Source of the DNA: Candidatus Sumerlaeaceae bacterium
GTDB lineage: Bacteria > Sumerlaeota > Sumerlaeia > Sumerlaeales > Sumerlaeaceae
Assembly (NCBI GenBank): GCA_051003195.1
Contig: JBPCLP010000055.1
Coordinates: 32,001 to 96,000, forward strand
Length of the DNA stretch: 64,000 nt
Direction: 5' to 3'
The translations under genes and the position numbers were made by a program. The stretch's first letter is position 1, and each line of letters begins with the position of its first letter. Of the stretch, positions 9,851-20,184 are shown piece after piece. The notes under the pieces were generated by a model. That model did no database searches, was not told where the DNA came from, and saw only the letters and a program-made list of their open reading frames with translations.

Positions 9851-10216
9851 ATGAGAGTAGCCATAGTAGGTGCTTCAAGTAACCGGTCGAAGTTTGGCAA
9901 CAAGGCTGTCCGCAGTTACGTGGCACAGGGTCACGAGGTTGTCCCGATCAACCCGAATGAGGCCGAAGTCGAGGGACTGAACACTTATGCAAAGGTCAGC
10001 GATATTTCCGGGCCAGTCGATCGAGTTCTGCTCTACGTGCCGCCTGCCGTCGGGGTCAAAGTGCTCGACGATATTAAAGCCAAAGGTGTGGCAGAAACCT
10101 ACGTGAATCCCGGAGCCGACAGCGACGAGCTGTTCGAGCGTGCCGGTGAACTCGGGGTGAAAACCATTTTCGCCTGCGCAATCGTCGACATCGGCGACAG
10201 CCCGGGACGGTACTAA
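9851..10216 (+). CDS. CoA-binding domain protein (YccU-like)
   Basis: VAIVGAS, PINP, NPGA, C-terminal AC; GAGG RBS before ATG 9851. Confidence 0.85.
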   Translation: MRVAIVGASSNRSKFGNKAVRSYVAQGHEVVPINPNEAEVEGLNTYAKVSDISGPVDRVLLYVPPAVGVKVLDDIKAKGVAETYVNPGADSDELFERAGELGVKTIFACAIVDIGDSPGRY

Positions 10217-10316
10217 AGCACGGCCGGCTTTTCTTAACCTATAATTCTCAATTGCATATCGCTTTCGCACAAGCGTTCATACTGGACAAATTGTAAATCT
10301 GTAGGAGGTGCAAATC

Positions 10317-10427
10317 ATGCCACAGCTGACTTACGTGCAGTGGGTAGAGATGATCGTCATCCTGGCAATCGTGATTTTTACCGCTTACATTTTCTACTCA
10401 CTCGACCTCTTCCGAAAGGGGAAGTAA
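10317..10427 (+). CDS. small single-TM protein, 36 aa (MPQLTYVQWVEMIVILAIVIFTAYIFYSLDLFRKGK)
   Basis: AGGAGGT RBS; hydrophobic helix with basic tail; its TAA abuts the TTG of the next gene; too short for the ORF track. Confidence 0.65.
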   Translation: MPQLTYVQWVEMIVILAIVIFTAYIFYSLDLFRKGK

Positions 10428-10883
10428 TTGCCGCCGGGTCCAAAACAGTCTCAGAAGCAGCTCACGCACCTTGATAATCGCCTGGCTACTTGCCGCGAGT
10501 ACAAGAACCTGTGGCAGGAATACTTTAAGTTTTTCGCGGATGGTTTCGAGGACAAAAAGATCTATGAGCGCGACGAGCAGGCCTTTTTCCAGATCATGAA
10601 CGTTCTGGCGGTAAACCACTATCGCTTCGTCGAACTGGCCGGGGATTACTTTAAGGACGGTGAAGCAATTGTCGGTGTCCTGGCCGAGACCGTCAGTCTC
10701 CAGCATCTCAAGCAAATGAGCGAGGCACAGTTCTCAAAGCTGCTTATCGATTGGCATACCATCTTTATCGCAATGAACAAGGCTATCGGCAAACTTATGA
10801 TGCAGGTGCCCGTTCAGCAGCCCGGCAAAGGCAAAGCCGCTGTTGCTCAGCAACAGCAGGCGCCACCACCCGCGGCGGGGTAG
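10428..10883 (+). CDS. hypothetical helical protein, paralog of 21279..21824
   Basis: shares DEQAFF, SLQHL and WHTIFIAMNKAIG pattern with the 21279 ORF. Confidence 0.75.
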   Translation: MPPGPKQSQKQLTHLDNRLATCREYKNLWQEYFKFFADGFEDKKIYERDEQAFFQIMNVLAVNHYRFVELAGDYFKDGEAIVGVLAETVSLQHLKQMSEAQFSKLLIDWHTIFIAMNKAIGKLMMQVPVQQPGKGKAAVAQQQQAPPPAAG

Positions 10884-10985
10884 CTCAACGTATTCGGCCG
10901 AGCCGGCTGGAGCAAGTCCTTCGGAAACGATACTGAAACCTGATGACTTCCGGCGGGAGCATGCCGGTACTTTAGAATACCCTTC

Positions 10986-11084
10986 CCAGTGTGCGTCCCA
11001 GAAGTTCAAAGCGATACTTCCGGAAGCTTTCGAGCTCGGACGGCACATAAAACCAGCGAACGAATTAAGGGGAGACCACCCCAC
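10986..11084 (+). mobile_element. MITE copy 3 (degenerate ends)
   Basis: CCAGTGTGCGTCC...GGACGGCACATAAAACC...; loop nearly identical to copy 2. Confidence 0.75.
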
Positions 11085-11176
11085 GTTCTTTTTAGAAAAA
11101 ACAAGTGCTCTTCTCCTCAGAACCAGAGATTCTTACGTGAATAGTCCTGAAACTGAGAGACAGGAAAAGTCGTGGG

Positions 11177-12760
11177 ATGACGATTGCACTGACCGGCGAA
11201 ACAGCTACCAGCATGTCCGACCGCGAGCTGGTTCGGCTCACCCTGGAAGGCGACAGCCAGGCGTTTGAAGTTCTTGTTACGCGGCATTACTCCGCTGTGT
11301 ACTGTATTGCCCTGGCGCACCTGACAAACCGTGAGGCAGCCGAGGACTGTTGCCAGGAAGTCTTTCTGCGCGCATATTTAAATTTGTGGCGCGTGGGCGA
11401 CCCGGACCGGATCGCAGGATGGTTATGTCGCGTGTGCAGAAATCTAGCTCTCGATTGGTTGCGAAATAATTCCCGGCGAGTCCTGGAGTTTCCTCATGTG
11501 CGCGCTGAGTCCGAAATACTGAACAATACGGCCGATGTCCATCAGCCGTCGCAGCGGGAGCAATTAGATAACAAAACCAAGTTGTACCAGCTGCACGAAG
11601 CGCTTCATCAACTGCCGGCCGCCCAGCGAGAATTGCTGGTTCTGCATTATGTTCAGGAACTCAACGACCGAGAGATCGGAGAACTGCTGAACGTGCATCG
11701 CACCACCGTCCGTTACCATCTCGGACGTGCGCTTGATCAGTGTCGAAAACTCGTGGATTCCGCTGCGCTGCGTGATGCACTTTCGGCAATAACACCACGA
11801 CCAGCGCACGCGTTAAGAACTCTGGCTACAGCAGCTTTGCTGGCAGATGCCAGCCGCAAATCGCATGCACTGTCGTCCAGTCTGGCGCCCGCGGAATTGC
11901 CCTGGGTCGCCCCCGGTATGGGCTCTGGTCTGGGATTCAAGACTCTGTGGAATGGAGTTCTTGTGGCGCTGGGCAAAAAGGCGACACTCGGAATTGCGAC
12001 GGTGATTGCCGCAGCGATCGGTGTCGGGACCTTGGAAGTAACGCAAGGCGGCGTATTCCGACCAAACAAGGTTGAGTTCAGCGCGCCGACCGGACCTTCG
12101 GGGTCGAGCGAAATCGAAGGGCTTAGAGGCATTACCGGGATCTGCCGGATCCGCAATGCGTTCGACCTGGGCAATGCTGTCCAGATGCTGTATTTCGACG
12201 CTCAATCCAGATTTACCGGGCTTGAAAGACTGCCAAACGAGCAACGCCATGACATTCTCATTCAGTCACATCCACTGTGTGGTACGGGCGGCATACGGAA
12301 TCTGTTTCGTCGGGAGCTCGAGAAACGATATGGCTGTACCATTACACGTGAACAATTAACCACAAACGTTTACCTCTTGCGCACGGTTGGCGGCAAACCG
12401 GCGCCCGGACTCCATCGGCTGAAAAGCGTCTGGGGTGGCCCAACTTCTGTCGGCGGCTACAGGGCCGGCTTACAAACCATTAGCCGCGACACCATGAATG
12501 GATTTGCGCATATGATCGAGAGTCAGCTTGCGATCCCGGTAATTAACGAAACGGGATTGAAGGGCGATTATGCAGGGATGGTGCGGTGGAAACCCGGGGA
12601 CCACGACGCATTCATCGCGGCGCTGCGGGAGTATCTTGGACTGAAACTGGTGCCAGCGCAACGTAAGCTGGACTATATTGTTATTAGAAAGCTGACTGCA
12701 TCTGGCGATATGCGAGGTACAGCGAGCATTGTTGCTGTGCCTCAGAAAGCAAACCGTTGA
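11177..12760 (+). CDS. ECF sigma-70 factor fused via a TM segment to a DUF3738/TIGR03435-like domain
   Basis: AEDCCQEVFLRAY (region 2), EIGELLNVHRTTV (region 4); hydrophobic LGIATVIAAAIGVG; PVINETGLKGDY and LGLKLVP in C-terminus. Confidence 0.8.
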   Translation: MTIALTGETATSMSDRELVRLTLEGDSQAFEVLVTRHYSAVYCIALAHLTNREAAEDCCQEVFLRAYLNLWRVGDPDRIAGWLCRVCRNLALDWLRNNSRRVLEFPHVRAESEILNNTADVHQPSQREQLDNKTKLYQLHEALHQLPAAQRELLVLHYVQELNDREIGELLNVHRTTVRYHLGRALDQCRKLVDSAALRDALSAITPRPAHALRTLATAALLADASRKSHALSSSLAPAELPWVAPGMGSGLGFKTLWNGVLVALGKKATLGIATVIAAAIGVGTLEVTQGGVFRPNKVEFSAPTGPSGSSEIEGLRGITGICRIRNAFDLGNAVQMLYFDAQSRFTGLERLPNEQRHDILIQSHPLCGTGGIRNLFRRELEKRYGCTITREQLTTNVYLLRTVGGKPAPGLHRLKSVWGGPTSVGGYRAGLQTISRDTMNGFAHMIESQLAIPVINETGLKGDYAGMVRWKPGDHDAFIAALREYLGLKLVPAQRKLDYIVIRKLTASGDMRGTASIVAVPQKANR

Positions 12761-13380
12761 GGCACCGCGAGGCATGCAGCGCTTTCACACTCGTTGAGAT
12801 TCTGATCACGGTCGGCATCATAGCCATACTGGCAGTTATTGCCATTCCGAACCTGCTTCTTGCACAGACCCGTGCGAAAGTGACGCGCGTGAAAGCCGAC
12901 CTGGCGGCTGTAGTTGTGGCACTCGAACTGTATCATACCGACCGCAACGCATACCCAACTTATCACTATGCAAACAACCAGGAGGCGAACGGCGGCACCA
13001 GTTTTCACGCAGGCGGCAGCGTACTTGATCTTGGAGTTTCGCCGGAGTTCGATGGCCGCAACCCGCTTACAACGCCGGTCGCTTACCTGACCGCAATGCC
13101 CACCGATCCATTTAATACGCGATCGCCTGATGAGTCGCCTGAGGTGTCACAATACTATTACGTAAACTGGGATTACGCAATTGAGAGAATCCCGTCGCCA
13201 GATAACGATGCTTTTCTCAAACTGCGTAAACTGCAAGGACCCTGGCGGCTGCATAGCAACGGGCCTGACCGCACCGGGCCTGACAGCGACGTTCTGGAGG
13301 GGCAGGTGATTTATAGTCCGGCTAATGGCACGATCAGCCGCGGTGACATCGTACGCACCCAGAAGCTGGGTCAGCAATAG
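12757..13380 (+). CDS. type IV pilin / GspG-like prepilin
   Basis: A|FTLVEILITVGIIAILAVIAIPNLLLAQTRAK; LTTPVAY, SNGPD and YSPANGTISRGD shared with the 314..1027 pilin. Confidence 0.88.
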   Translation: MRHREACSAFTLVEILITVGIIAILAVIAIPNLLLAQTRAKVTRVKADLAAVVVALELYHTDRNAYPTYHYANNQEANGGTSFHAGGSVLDLGVSPEFDGRNPLTTPVAYLTAMPTDPFNTRSPDESPEVSQYYYVNWDYAIERIPSPDNDAFLKLRKLQGPWRLHSNGPDRTGPDSDVLEGQVIYSPANGTISRGDIVRTQKLGQQ

Positions 13381-13385
13381 CGCCT

Positions 13386-15113
13386 TTAAATCTCCAGCAC
13401 CACTGGCAGGATGACCGGAAAGCGGCCTGTTTCGGTTTTGATAAACTTTTTCAGTGCGCGACGCACTTCCGCCTTCACCACCGCCCACTCTTCCTTACTC
13501 TCTTTTTCGCATTCTTCAAACGTGTCGAGAATCAGCTCCTTGCAGCGCTCGAAGAAGCGTTCGTTCTCGTCCATGAAAAGAAAACCGCGCGAAACTATAT
13601 CCGGTCCCGCCACCAGCTGTACGGTCGATTTCTCGATAACCAGCATGACGATCACCATTCCATCCTCCGCGAGATGACGGCGGTCGCGCAGCACCACTTC
13701 ATCGATGCTGCCCACATCGCGCCCGTCCACCAGCACGCGGCTCACTTCAATCTTCCCACCGCGAGCCGCGCCGTCGGCATCCATTTCGACCACGTCGCCG
13801 TTCTGCAGGATGAACACCTTCTCAGGATCGATGCCCATCTCGACGGCAAGATGCTTGTGCTCAACCAGGTGCCGAAACTCTCCGTGAATCGGGATCATAT
13901 ACTTGGGACGGCACAGCGCAATCATCTGGCGCATCTCCTCGCGATAGGCGTGGCCTGATACGTGGACGCCGGCGATGTCCTGGTAAAACACCTCGGCGCC
14001 GCGACGGAAGAAATGGTTAATCATCCGGTAGATCGACTTCTCATTGCCGGGAATGATGCGCGACGACAGGATCACCATGTCGCCTGGCTTAATCTTCACG
14101 TCCTTGTGCTCGTCGAGCGCCATCCGCGAAAGGCCGCTCATAGGCTCGCCCTGGCTTCCGGTCGTTAGAACAATCCGTTTTTCGGGCGGTGCTTTTTTGA
14201 TGTCACGGATGTCGTACACCAGTTCTGGCGGGTAGTAAATCGCACCCACCTCTGCCGCAATTCTCAGGTTCCGGATCATATTGAGCCCGGAGACAAAGAC
14301 CTTCTTCTTGTGCCGGGCCGCGAGGTCCAGCACCACCTGCACCCTGTGCAGGCTCGACGAGAAGCAGGAAAAGATAATGCTGCGAGGTGCCGCGGCGAAA
14401 AGCTTATCGATCGGCTCAATGACTTCACGCTCGCTCTTCGAGTACCCGTCACGCTCGACATTCGTTGAATCCGATAGCAACGCCAGTACGCCCTCATCTC
14501 CCAGCCGGGCGAAGCCTCCAAAGTCGAACATCCGCCCGTCCATCGGCGAGTTATCGATTTTGTAGTCGCCGGTATGGACAATCGTCCCATAAGGCAGGCG
14601 TATCGCCACCGCCACCGCATCCGGAATGCTATGCGTTACCTGGATAAATTCAATCGGCACATCACCTACATGAATCCGTTGCTTCGGCTCGATGACGTTC
14701 AGATCCGCGCTGCCGTCAAGGTTCCACTCTTTCAGCCGCTCCTTGACAAGTGCACAGGTAAGCGCGGTGCCATAAATTGGTACGTTAATCTGCTGAAGCA
14801 GATAAGGCAAGGCGCCGACGTGGTCCTCATGCGCGTGCGTCAGGATGATTGCCTTGAAATTCTCCCGGTTCTCCAGGATGTAGCTGATGTCCGGAATGAC
14901 AAAATCGATTCCCAGGAGCTCTTCGTCAGGAAAGGTCTGTCCGCAGTCGATTGCGAACATGACATTGCCATATTCAAACACCATCATGTTCATACCGATT
15001 TCGCCCAGGCCGCCCAGCGGAATCAGGCGAAACTTATGCCCTCGCCGCGTTGCCAGCGGCTTCAACTGTGTCTGGGTTTCCGGCGAGTCGTCCGCGTCGA
15101 AAAGTGAATCCAT
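13386..15113 (-). CDS. rnj: ribonuclease J
   Basis: PLGGLGEIGMN, THAHEDH, DSTN, TGSQGEP, HVSGH. Confidence 0.95.
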   Translation of the reverse strand: MDSLFDADDSPETQTQLKPLATRRGHKFRLIPLGGLGEIGMNMMVFEYGNVMFAIDCGQTFPDEELLGIDFVIPDISYILENRENFKAIILTHAHEDHVGALPYLLQQINVPIYGTALTCALVKERLKEWNLDGSADLNVIEPKQRIHVGDVPIEFIQVTHSIPDAVAVAIRLPYGTIVHTGDYKIDNSPMDGRMFDFGGFARLGDEGVLALLSDSTNVERDGYSKSEREVIEPIDKLFAAAPRSIIFSCFSSSLHRVQVVLDLAARHKKKVFVSGLNMIRNLRIAAEVGAIYYPPELVYDIRDIKKAPPEKRIVLTTGSQGEPMSGLSRMALDEHKDVKIKPGDMVILSSRIIPGNEKSIYRMINHFFRRGAEVFYQDIAGVHVSGHAYREEMRQMIALCRPKYMIPIHGEFRHLVEHKHLAVEMGIDPEKVFILQNGDVVEMDADGAARGGKIEVSRVLVDGRDVGSIDEVVLRDRRHLAEDGMVIVMLVIEKSTVQLVAGPDIVSRGFLFMDENERFFERCKELILDTFEECEKESKEEWAVVKAEVRRALKKFIKTETGRFPVILPVVLEI

Positions 15114-15272
15114 GGGCTGGGCTTATGGAAGAGCGGCAGGCGCAAGCGCAACTGATATGTTAGTTTTTAACTATAGGGGCACCTGCAGCTACTAATGAGG
15201 ATACTGCACCGCTTGGACAGAAATCCGGCTGCGGCGTGGGTTCATTCGCTCGCTTGGCGAGCAGCCGACAGC

Positions 15273-16673
15273 TTACGTGCCGCCGCCAATCACCAGCATG
15301 GCCACGTTGAAATAAATCAGGATACCCGTGACGTCGACCAGCGTTGCGACAAAGGGCGATGACGATGTCGCCGGGTCAAAGCCAAGTCGCTTCAGCACAA
15401 ATGGCAACATGCTGCCCACCAGGCTTCCCCATAGAACGACACCGAAAACCGAGATCAGCATAACAACTCCAATTTTAGGCCAGATTTGACCCAGGAGCTC
15501 CACTTCTGCGATTCCGCGGGTGGCCCGTGCTACAGGGTCGTAGGTAGCAATGCGCAGAAATCCAACCACACCGAGGATAATGCCCAGGCACGATGCAGTT
15601 ACAAGTTCACGTCTAAGTACACGCCACCAGTCGCGCAGCCGTATTTCTCCCAGCGAAAGCGCCCGGATCACCAGTGTCGAAGCCTGCGATCCGCTATTGC
15701 CCCCTGCCGAAATCACCAGTACCAAAAACAAAGCCAGGCGCATCTGATCCAGTTCATGCTCAAAACTTCCAATAGCGGTGGTGGTGAACATGCCGCCAAG
15801 GAATAATATGATCAGCCACCCTACCCGCTTCTTGATCATCTTTACAAGACCGATCTGCATATATGGCTCGTCCAGCGCGGCCATACCGCCGATCTTCTGG
15901 ATGTCTTCCGTGGCCTCCTGCTCCACCACGTCAAGCACATCATCGACCGTCACAATTCCTAACAGCATTCCCTGGCTGTCCGTTACCGGAAGCGCGACCA
16001 CGTCGTACTTGCGGAAATCCTGGACAGCCGCCTCCTGGTCTTCGGTGGCCTTGAGCGCAACGACCTCGCCGCTCATCAATTCGCGCACGATACGTGCGGG
16101 CGGCGAGAGCAGAATGTCGCGCACGCGAATGGCAGCGAGCAGCCGGCCAGGCTGGTCGGTCACATAAAGCACGTTTAACGTTTCGCTATCGCGTCCGACC
16201 CGGCGTACGTGCTCCAGCACTTGCTCAATCGTCCAGTCTTCACGGATGGCAACGTAATCCGGTGTCATCCGACGGCCGATGCTGCCTTCCGGGTAGCCGA
16301 GCAACTTTTTGGCGACTGCCAGTTCCTCGGGCGCAAGCAGCGTCAGCAACTGACGCGTCGCCTCGCTCGGTAATTCCTCCAGCAACGCGGTCCGATCATC
16401 CGGTGCCATCGCATTGAGCAACTCCGCGACTTTTTCGTCGCCCAGGGCCCGGAGCAAAGTTTCCTGCTTGTCATGCGACAAATACCCGAAAATCTCCGCA
16501 GCAACTTTGCGGGGCATGATGCGGAACAGGACCGCCTCATCTTCGGGCGGCAGTTCCTCAATCAGCTCCGCAAGGTCAGGCGGCATGAGGTCCGCAAGGG
16601 CATCGCGCAACCCGGCAAAATCGCCGGTGCGAACCATCTCCTGTATTTCGGGAAGCAGCAGGTGGCCAAGCAC
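15273..16673 (-). CDS. mgtE: magnesium transporter MgtE
   Basis: N-domain, CBS pair (GIVTVDD), GGNSGSQ, DPATSSSPFVATLVD. Confidence 0.95.
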   Translation of the reverse strand: MLGHLLLPEIQEMVRTGDFAGLRDALADLMPPDLAELIEELPPEDEAVLFRIMPRKVAAEIFGYLSHDKQETLLRALGDEKVAELLNAMAPDDRTALLEELPSEATRQLLTLLAPEELAVAKKLLGYPEGSIGRRMTPDYVAIREDWTIEQVLEHVRRVGRDSETLNVLYVTDQPGRLLAAIRVRDILLSPPARIVRELMSGEVVALKATEDQEAAVQDFRKYDVVALPVTDSQGMLLGIVTVDDVLDVVEQEATEDIQKIGGMAALDEPYMQIGLVKMIKKRVGWLIILFLGGMFTTTAIGSFEHELDQMRLALFLVLVISAGGNSGSQASTLVIRALSLGEIRLRDWWRVLRRELVTASCLGIILGVVGFLRIATYDPVARATRGIAEVELLGQIWPKIGVVMLISVFGVVLWGSLVGSMLPFVLKRLGFDPATSSSPFVATLVDVTGILIYFNVAMLVIGGGT

Positions 16674-16944
16674 TTGTGCAGTTCCTTGCTAGCAATTATT
16701 GATGAGGACAGAACGAGAGCCACCCGGCGTCTGCGTTTTTCCGATACCGTGCTGCGTTTCATCAAGGCAGCGGTTTAGAGGAATTCGCGCGCAGCCGCAG
16801 GGTCAACTGTAGAAGTGCGGGCAAATTAGCTTTTCGGTCGGTTACAGCATCCTGGATTCCGGCACGCGGTTTCCATTGCGCTCGAAAATTGCCACGTGCC
16901 GGACATTGTCCCACGGATTTACAAACGGAAGGTCCAGGGAGCAT

Positions 16945-18180
16945 ATGCACTCGAGCCACAGAAGTCGAAACCGGGCGATTGGATTAATCGTCCTTTTGCT
17001 GACATCCGTTTTACCAGCCAGCGTTTGCGCAGGCTGGTTAAAGCCGAATGTGCAGTGGCCGGGATACTATCCACCCTACTGGGATCAGCGTGAACCATAC
17101 TACCGTCCCCCTCAACGTCGTGAGCCAAAACCGGCACGTAAATCCAAACCCCGAAACACCGAAAAGCCTAAAAACGAAACCGCGAAGGCAGTGGCCACCA
17201 CTGAAACCGAAACGGTTCAAAGCGACGATTCTATCCAGGAAGTCGAGTCTGCCAATCCGCTGCAGCAGTCTCGCAAAAAGTCATCGCTGCAGCCCCGGAG
17301 CGAAGCTCCTCCAGTGCAGCCCGTCAGCGGCGACTACGTTTCCATGGTTTGGGACGACTCAGACTCTCTTGAAAAGATTGCGGCGATTTGCGGCACAAGT
17401 TCCGCCAATGTACTGCGCCAGAATGCATTAAGCCGGGCTGAGCTTCGCGACGGACAGGTATTGCAGCTTCCGCGCCCTGCGGGCGATGCGCCAGAAATCG
17501 CAGCGCTTCAACCAGAACGCCAGCGCGCCCGGGAAATCTGGCGCGGCATACGCGGCCAGAAGCGTATTGCGCTTACATTCGATGCTGGCGGCGAGGACGA
17601 CGCGGCAACAGACCTCCTCTCTTACCTGACCGAGGCCGCCGCACCCGCAACGTTCTTTATCACCGGCCAGTTTGCAGCCGAACACGGCAAGCTGGTGAAG
17701 CAGATCTCAGACGCCGGCTATCCTGTCCACAATCACACCTGGTCCCATCCGGAGTTCACGACCATTCCCGATGAGAAAATTGCTGAGGAACTTGAGCGAG
17801 CGGAGTGGGCTATACGAGATACCACTGCAAAAACCACCAGGCCTTTTTGGCGCCCGCCGTTTGGCGACCGCGACAACCGTGTGCTGCGCGCCGCAGCTCA
17901 GGCGGGATACCAGTCCATCTACTGGACCCTGGACTCACTCGATTCAGTAGGTGAAAAGAAAGACCCGGAGTTTATCGTTAGCCGAATTCTGAATCCACCA
18001 AAAGCAAATGGCGATGCCGATAGCTATCTCGATGGCGCCATCATTCTAATGCATGTGGGTGAGCCGGACACAGCGCGCGCGGTCCCACTCCTTATCAAGG
18101 CGCTGCGGCAGCGCGGGTTCCGGCTTGTCACCGTCGAGGAAATTGTAAAGCCCTCAGCGCCGGGCGCAAACAGGCAGTAG
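16945..18180 (+). CDS. secreted LysM + polysaccharide deacetylase (CE4/NodB); start uncertain
   Basis: DSLEKIAA...N.L...GQVLQLP LysM; IALTFDAG, HNHTWSHP, WRPPFG, ILMH. Confidence 0.85.
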   Translation: MHSSHRSRNRAIGLIVLLLTSVLPASVCAGWLKPNVQWPGYYPPYWDQREPYYRPPQRREPKPARKSKPRNTEKPKNETAKAVATTETETVQSDDSIQEVESANPLQQSRKKSSLQPRSEAPPVQPVSGDYVSMVWDDSDSLEKIAAICGTSSANVLRQNALSRAELRDGQVLQLPRPAGDAPEIAALQPERQRAREIWRGIRGQKRIALTFDAGGEDDAATDLLSYLTEAAAPATFFITGQFAAEHGKLVKQISDAGYPVHNHTWSHPEFTTIPDEKIAEELERAEWAIRDTTAKTTRPFWRPPFGDRDNRVLRAAAQAGYQSIYWTLDSLDSVGEKKDPEFIVSRILNPPKANGDADSYLDGAIILMHVGEPDTARAVPLLIKALRQRGFRLVTVEEIVKPSAPGANRQ

Positions 18181-18194
18181 ATTCAGGAGAGGCC

Positions 18195-19988
18195 ATGTTG
18201 AAACCCGAAATCGCAGAGCGCGTACGAGCTTTCGCCGGGGGGGCCGACGCCGAAGGCCTGCGGGAAACGATCGACGCTTTGCTTGCAGCGATGCTGGCTG
18301 GCGGCCAGGCTGGCGCCGACGCCATCGAAGACGCCTTTGGGCGCGACCTGGATTTCGGAACCGGTGGCTTGCGAGGAATTATGGGCGCCGGCTCGAACCG
18401 GATGAACAGTCTTACGGTCGCCAGGGCAACCCAGGGTTTGGTGAACTATATTCTCGCGCAACGGGGAAAGGGCGCAGTATGCATCGCATACGATTCCAGG
18501 CTACGCTCCTCGGAATTCGCGCGCGAGATCGCTCGCGTCGTCGCTGCCAATGGGCTCACTGCCTGGCTGTTCTCCGATGTCCGGCCAACGCCAGAGCTCT
18601 CGTTCGCCGTTCGCGAAACGAAATCGACTGCGGGCATCGTTGTCACGGCAAGCCACAATCCCAAAGAGTACAACGGCTATAAGGTCAGTTGGGACGACGG
18701 CGGGCAGGTGCTGCCTCCCCACGACCGCGGAATCATTGACGAAGTACGCAAAGTTGATCGCGCAGATCAGATTCGCTCAATCGATTTTGATGAAGCGGTG
18801 CGCGCCGGCAGCATTATTCTCATGGGCGACAAGCTCGACAAAGCTTACCTTGCGGCGCTCGACGCCGTCCATAGGCGCAAGGAACTTACGTCAAAGCGCG
18901 GCGGCGAACTGCGTATTGTTTATACACCGCTGCACGGCACAGGTATCCGGATTGTGCCGCATGCTCTCAGCCGCTGGGGATTCTCCGATGTCCAGATTGT
19001 CGAGCAGCAGGCCGAGCCCGATGGGAACTTCCCCACAACAAAGTCGCCAAATCCGGAGGAACGCGCTGCGCTCGAGCTGGCAATCAACCTCGCGCGCAAA
19101 CACGACGCAGACATTGTCATGGCGACAGACCCGGATGCAGACCGTATCGGGATCGCCGTGAAACACGATGGCGATTTCGTGCTGCTGACCGGCAACCAGG
19201 TGGGCGCACTTCTCGCCTTTTACGTTTGTGAAACGCTTCGCGAGCAGCAGCGCCTTCCCGCCAACGGAGTGGTGATAAAGACGATCGTCACGACTGAGTT
19301 GATCGCCGCAATCGCCAGGGAATATGACGTTGGCATCGAGAACTGCCTGACAGGTTTCAAGTACATCGCCCAGTTAATGCGCGGGTACGAGGAACGTGGT
19401 GCACCGGGAAGTCCCGAGAAGACTTTTCTCATGGCTTGCGAAGAGAGCTACGGCTATCTCGTAGGAACGCATGCGCGCGATAAGGACGCAGTGGTTGCTG
19501 CCTGTGTTATTGCGGAAATGGCACTCTGGGCAAAGTCGAATGGCAAATCGCTGGTCGACCTTTTACACTCGCAGTATCGACGACACGGCGTTTACCTTGA
19601 AACGCAGCTGAGTAAAACCATGCCCGGGCTGGCGGGTATGAAACAGATTCAGTCATTAATGGAGCGCCTGCGCAGTTCGCCGCCCGTGGAGATTGGCGGC
19701 ATCGCAGTCGCTGCAATGACCGACATTTCAGCGGACACGCGCCATGAAATCAAAACCGCTGCGCAGATGGCCGGCCCTGGTTTGCCCAAAAGCAATGTGC
19801 TCATCTTTGAACTCGAAGACGGCAGCCTGGTTGTGGCGCGTCCGTCCGGAACCGAGCCGAAGATCAAATTCTACTTTATGGTAGTCGACCGTGACGGAGT
19901 TCCATTTTCCGAGACCGAATTGCAAAAGCGCATACAGAACTGCCAGGCCAAAGAGCAGAGACTCCGCGCGTCGATGGAGAAAGTATAA
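18195..19988 (+). CDS. pgm: phospho-sugar mutase (phosphoglucomutase/phosphomannomutase)
   Basis: FGTGGLRG, TASHNP, DPDADR, RPSGTEPKIK. Confidence 0.92.
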   Translation: MLKPEIAERVRAFAGGADAEGLRETIDALLAAMLAGGQAGADAIEDAFGRDLDFGTGGLRGIMGAGSNRMNSLTVARATQGLVNYILAQRGKGAVCIAYDSRLRSSEFAREIARVVAANGLTAWLFSDVRPTPELSFAVRETKSTAGIVVTASHNPKEYNGYKVSWDDGGQVLPPHDRGIIDEVRKVDRADQIRSIDFDEAVRAGSIILMGDKLDKAYLAALDAVHRRKELTSKRGGELRIVYTPLHGTGIRIVPHALSRWGFSDVQIVEQQAEPDGNFPTTKSPNPEERAALELAINLARKHDADIVMATDPDADRIGIAVKHDGDFVLLTGNQVGALLAFYVCETLREQQRLPANGVVIKTIVTTELIAAIAREYDVGIENCLTGFKYIAQLMRGYEERGAPGSPEKTFLMACEESYGYLVGTHARDKDAVVAACVIAEMALWAKSNGKSLVDLLHSQYRRHGVYLETQLSKTMPGLAGMKQIQSLMERLRSSPPVEIGGIAVAAMTDISADTRHEIKTAAQMAGPGLPKSNVLIFELEDGSLVVARPSGTEPKIKFYFMVVDRDGVPFSETELQKRIQNCQAKEQRLRASMEKV

Positions 19989-20184
19989 CTGCGGTTAAAC
20001 AATGTGCCCTCAGCTTTGGGCTTGGACAGATAGTGGCGATACATCTCGTGTGCCTCAAGAGCCCGAAATTAACATGCCTGCCACGTGGTATATACTTGAA
20101 GCAAATCGCGTTGACATGGCGCGCATTGCGACATTACGTCGCGCGATTGTAGTGTAGCAGACTACTTGAAACGAGACTGGGTTC

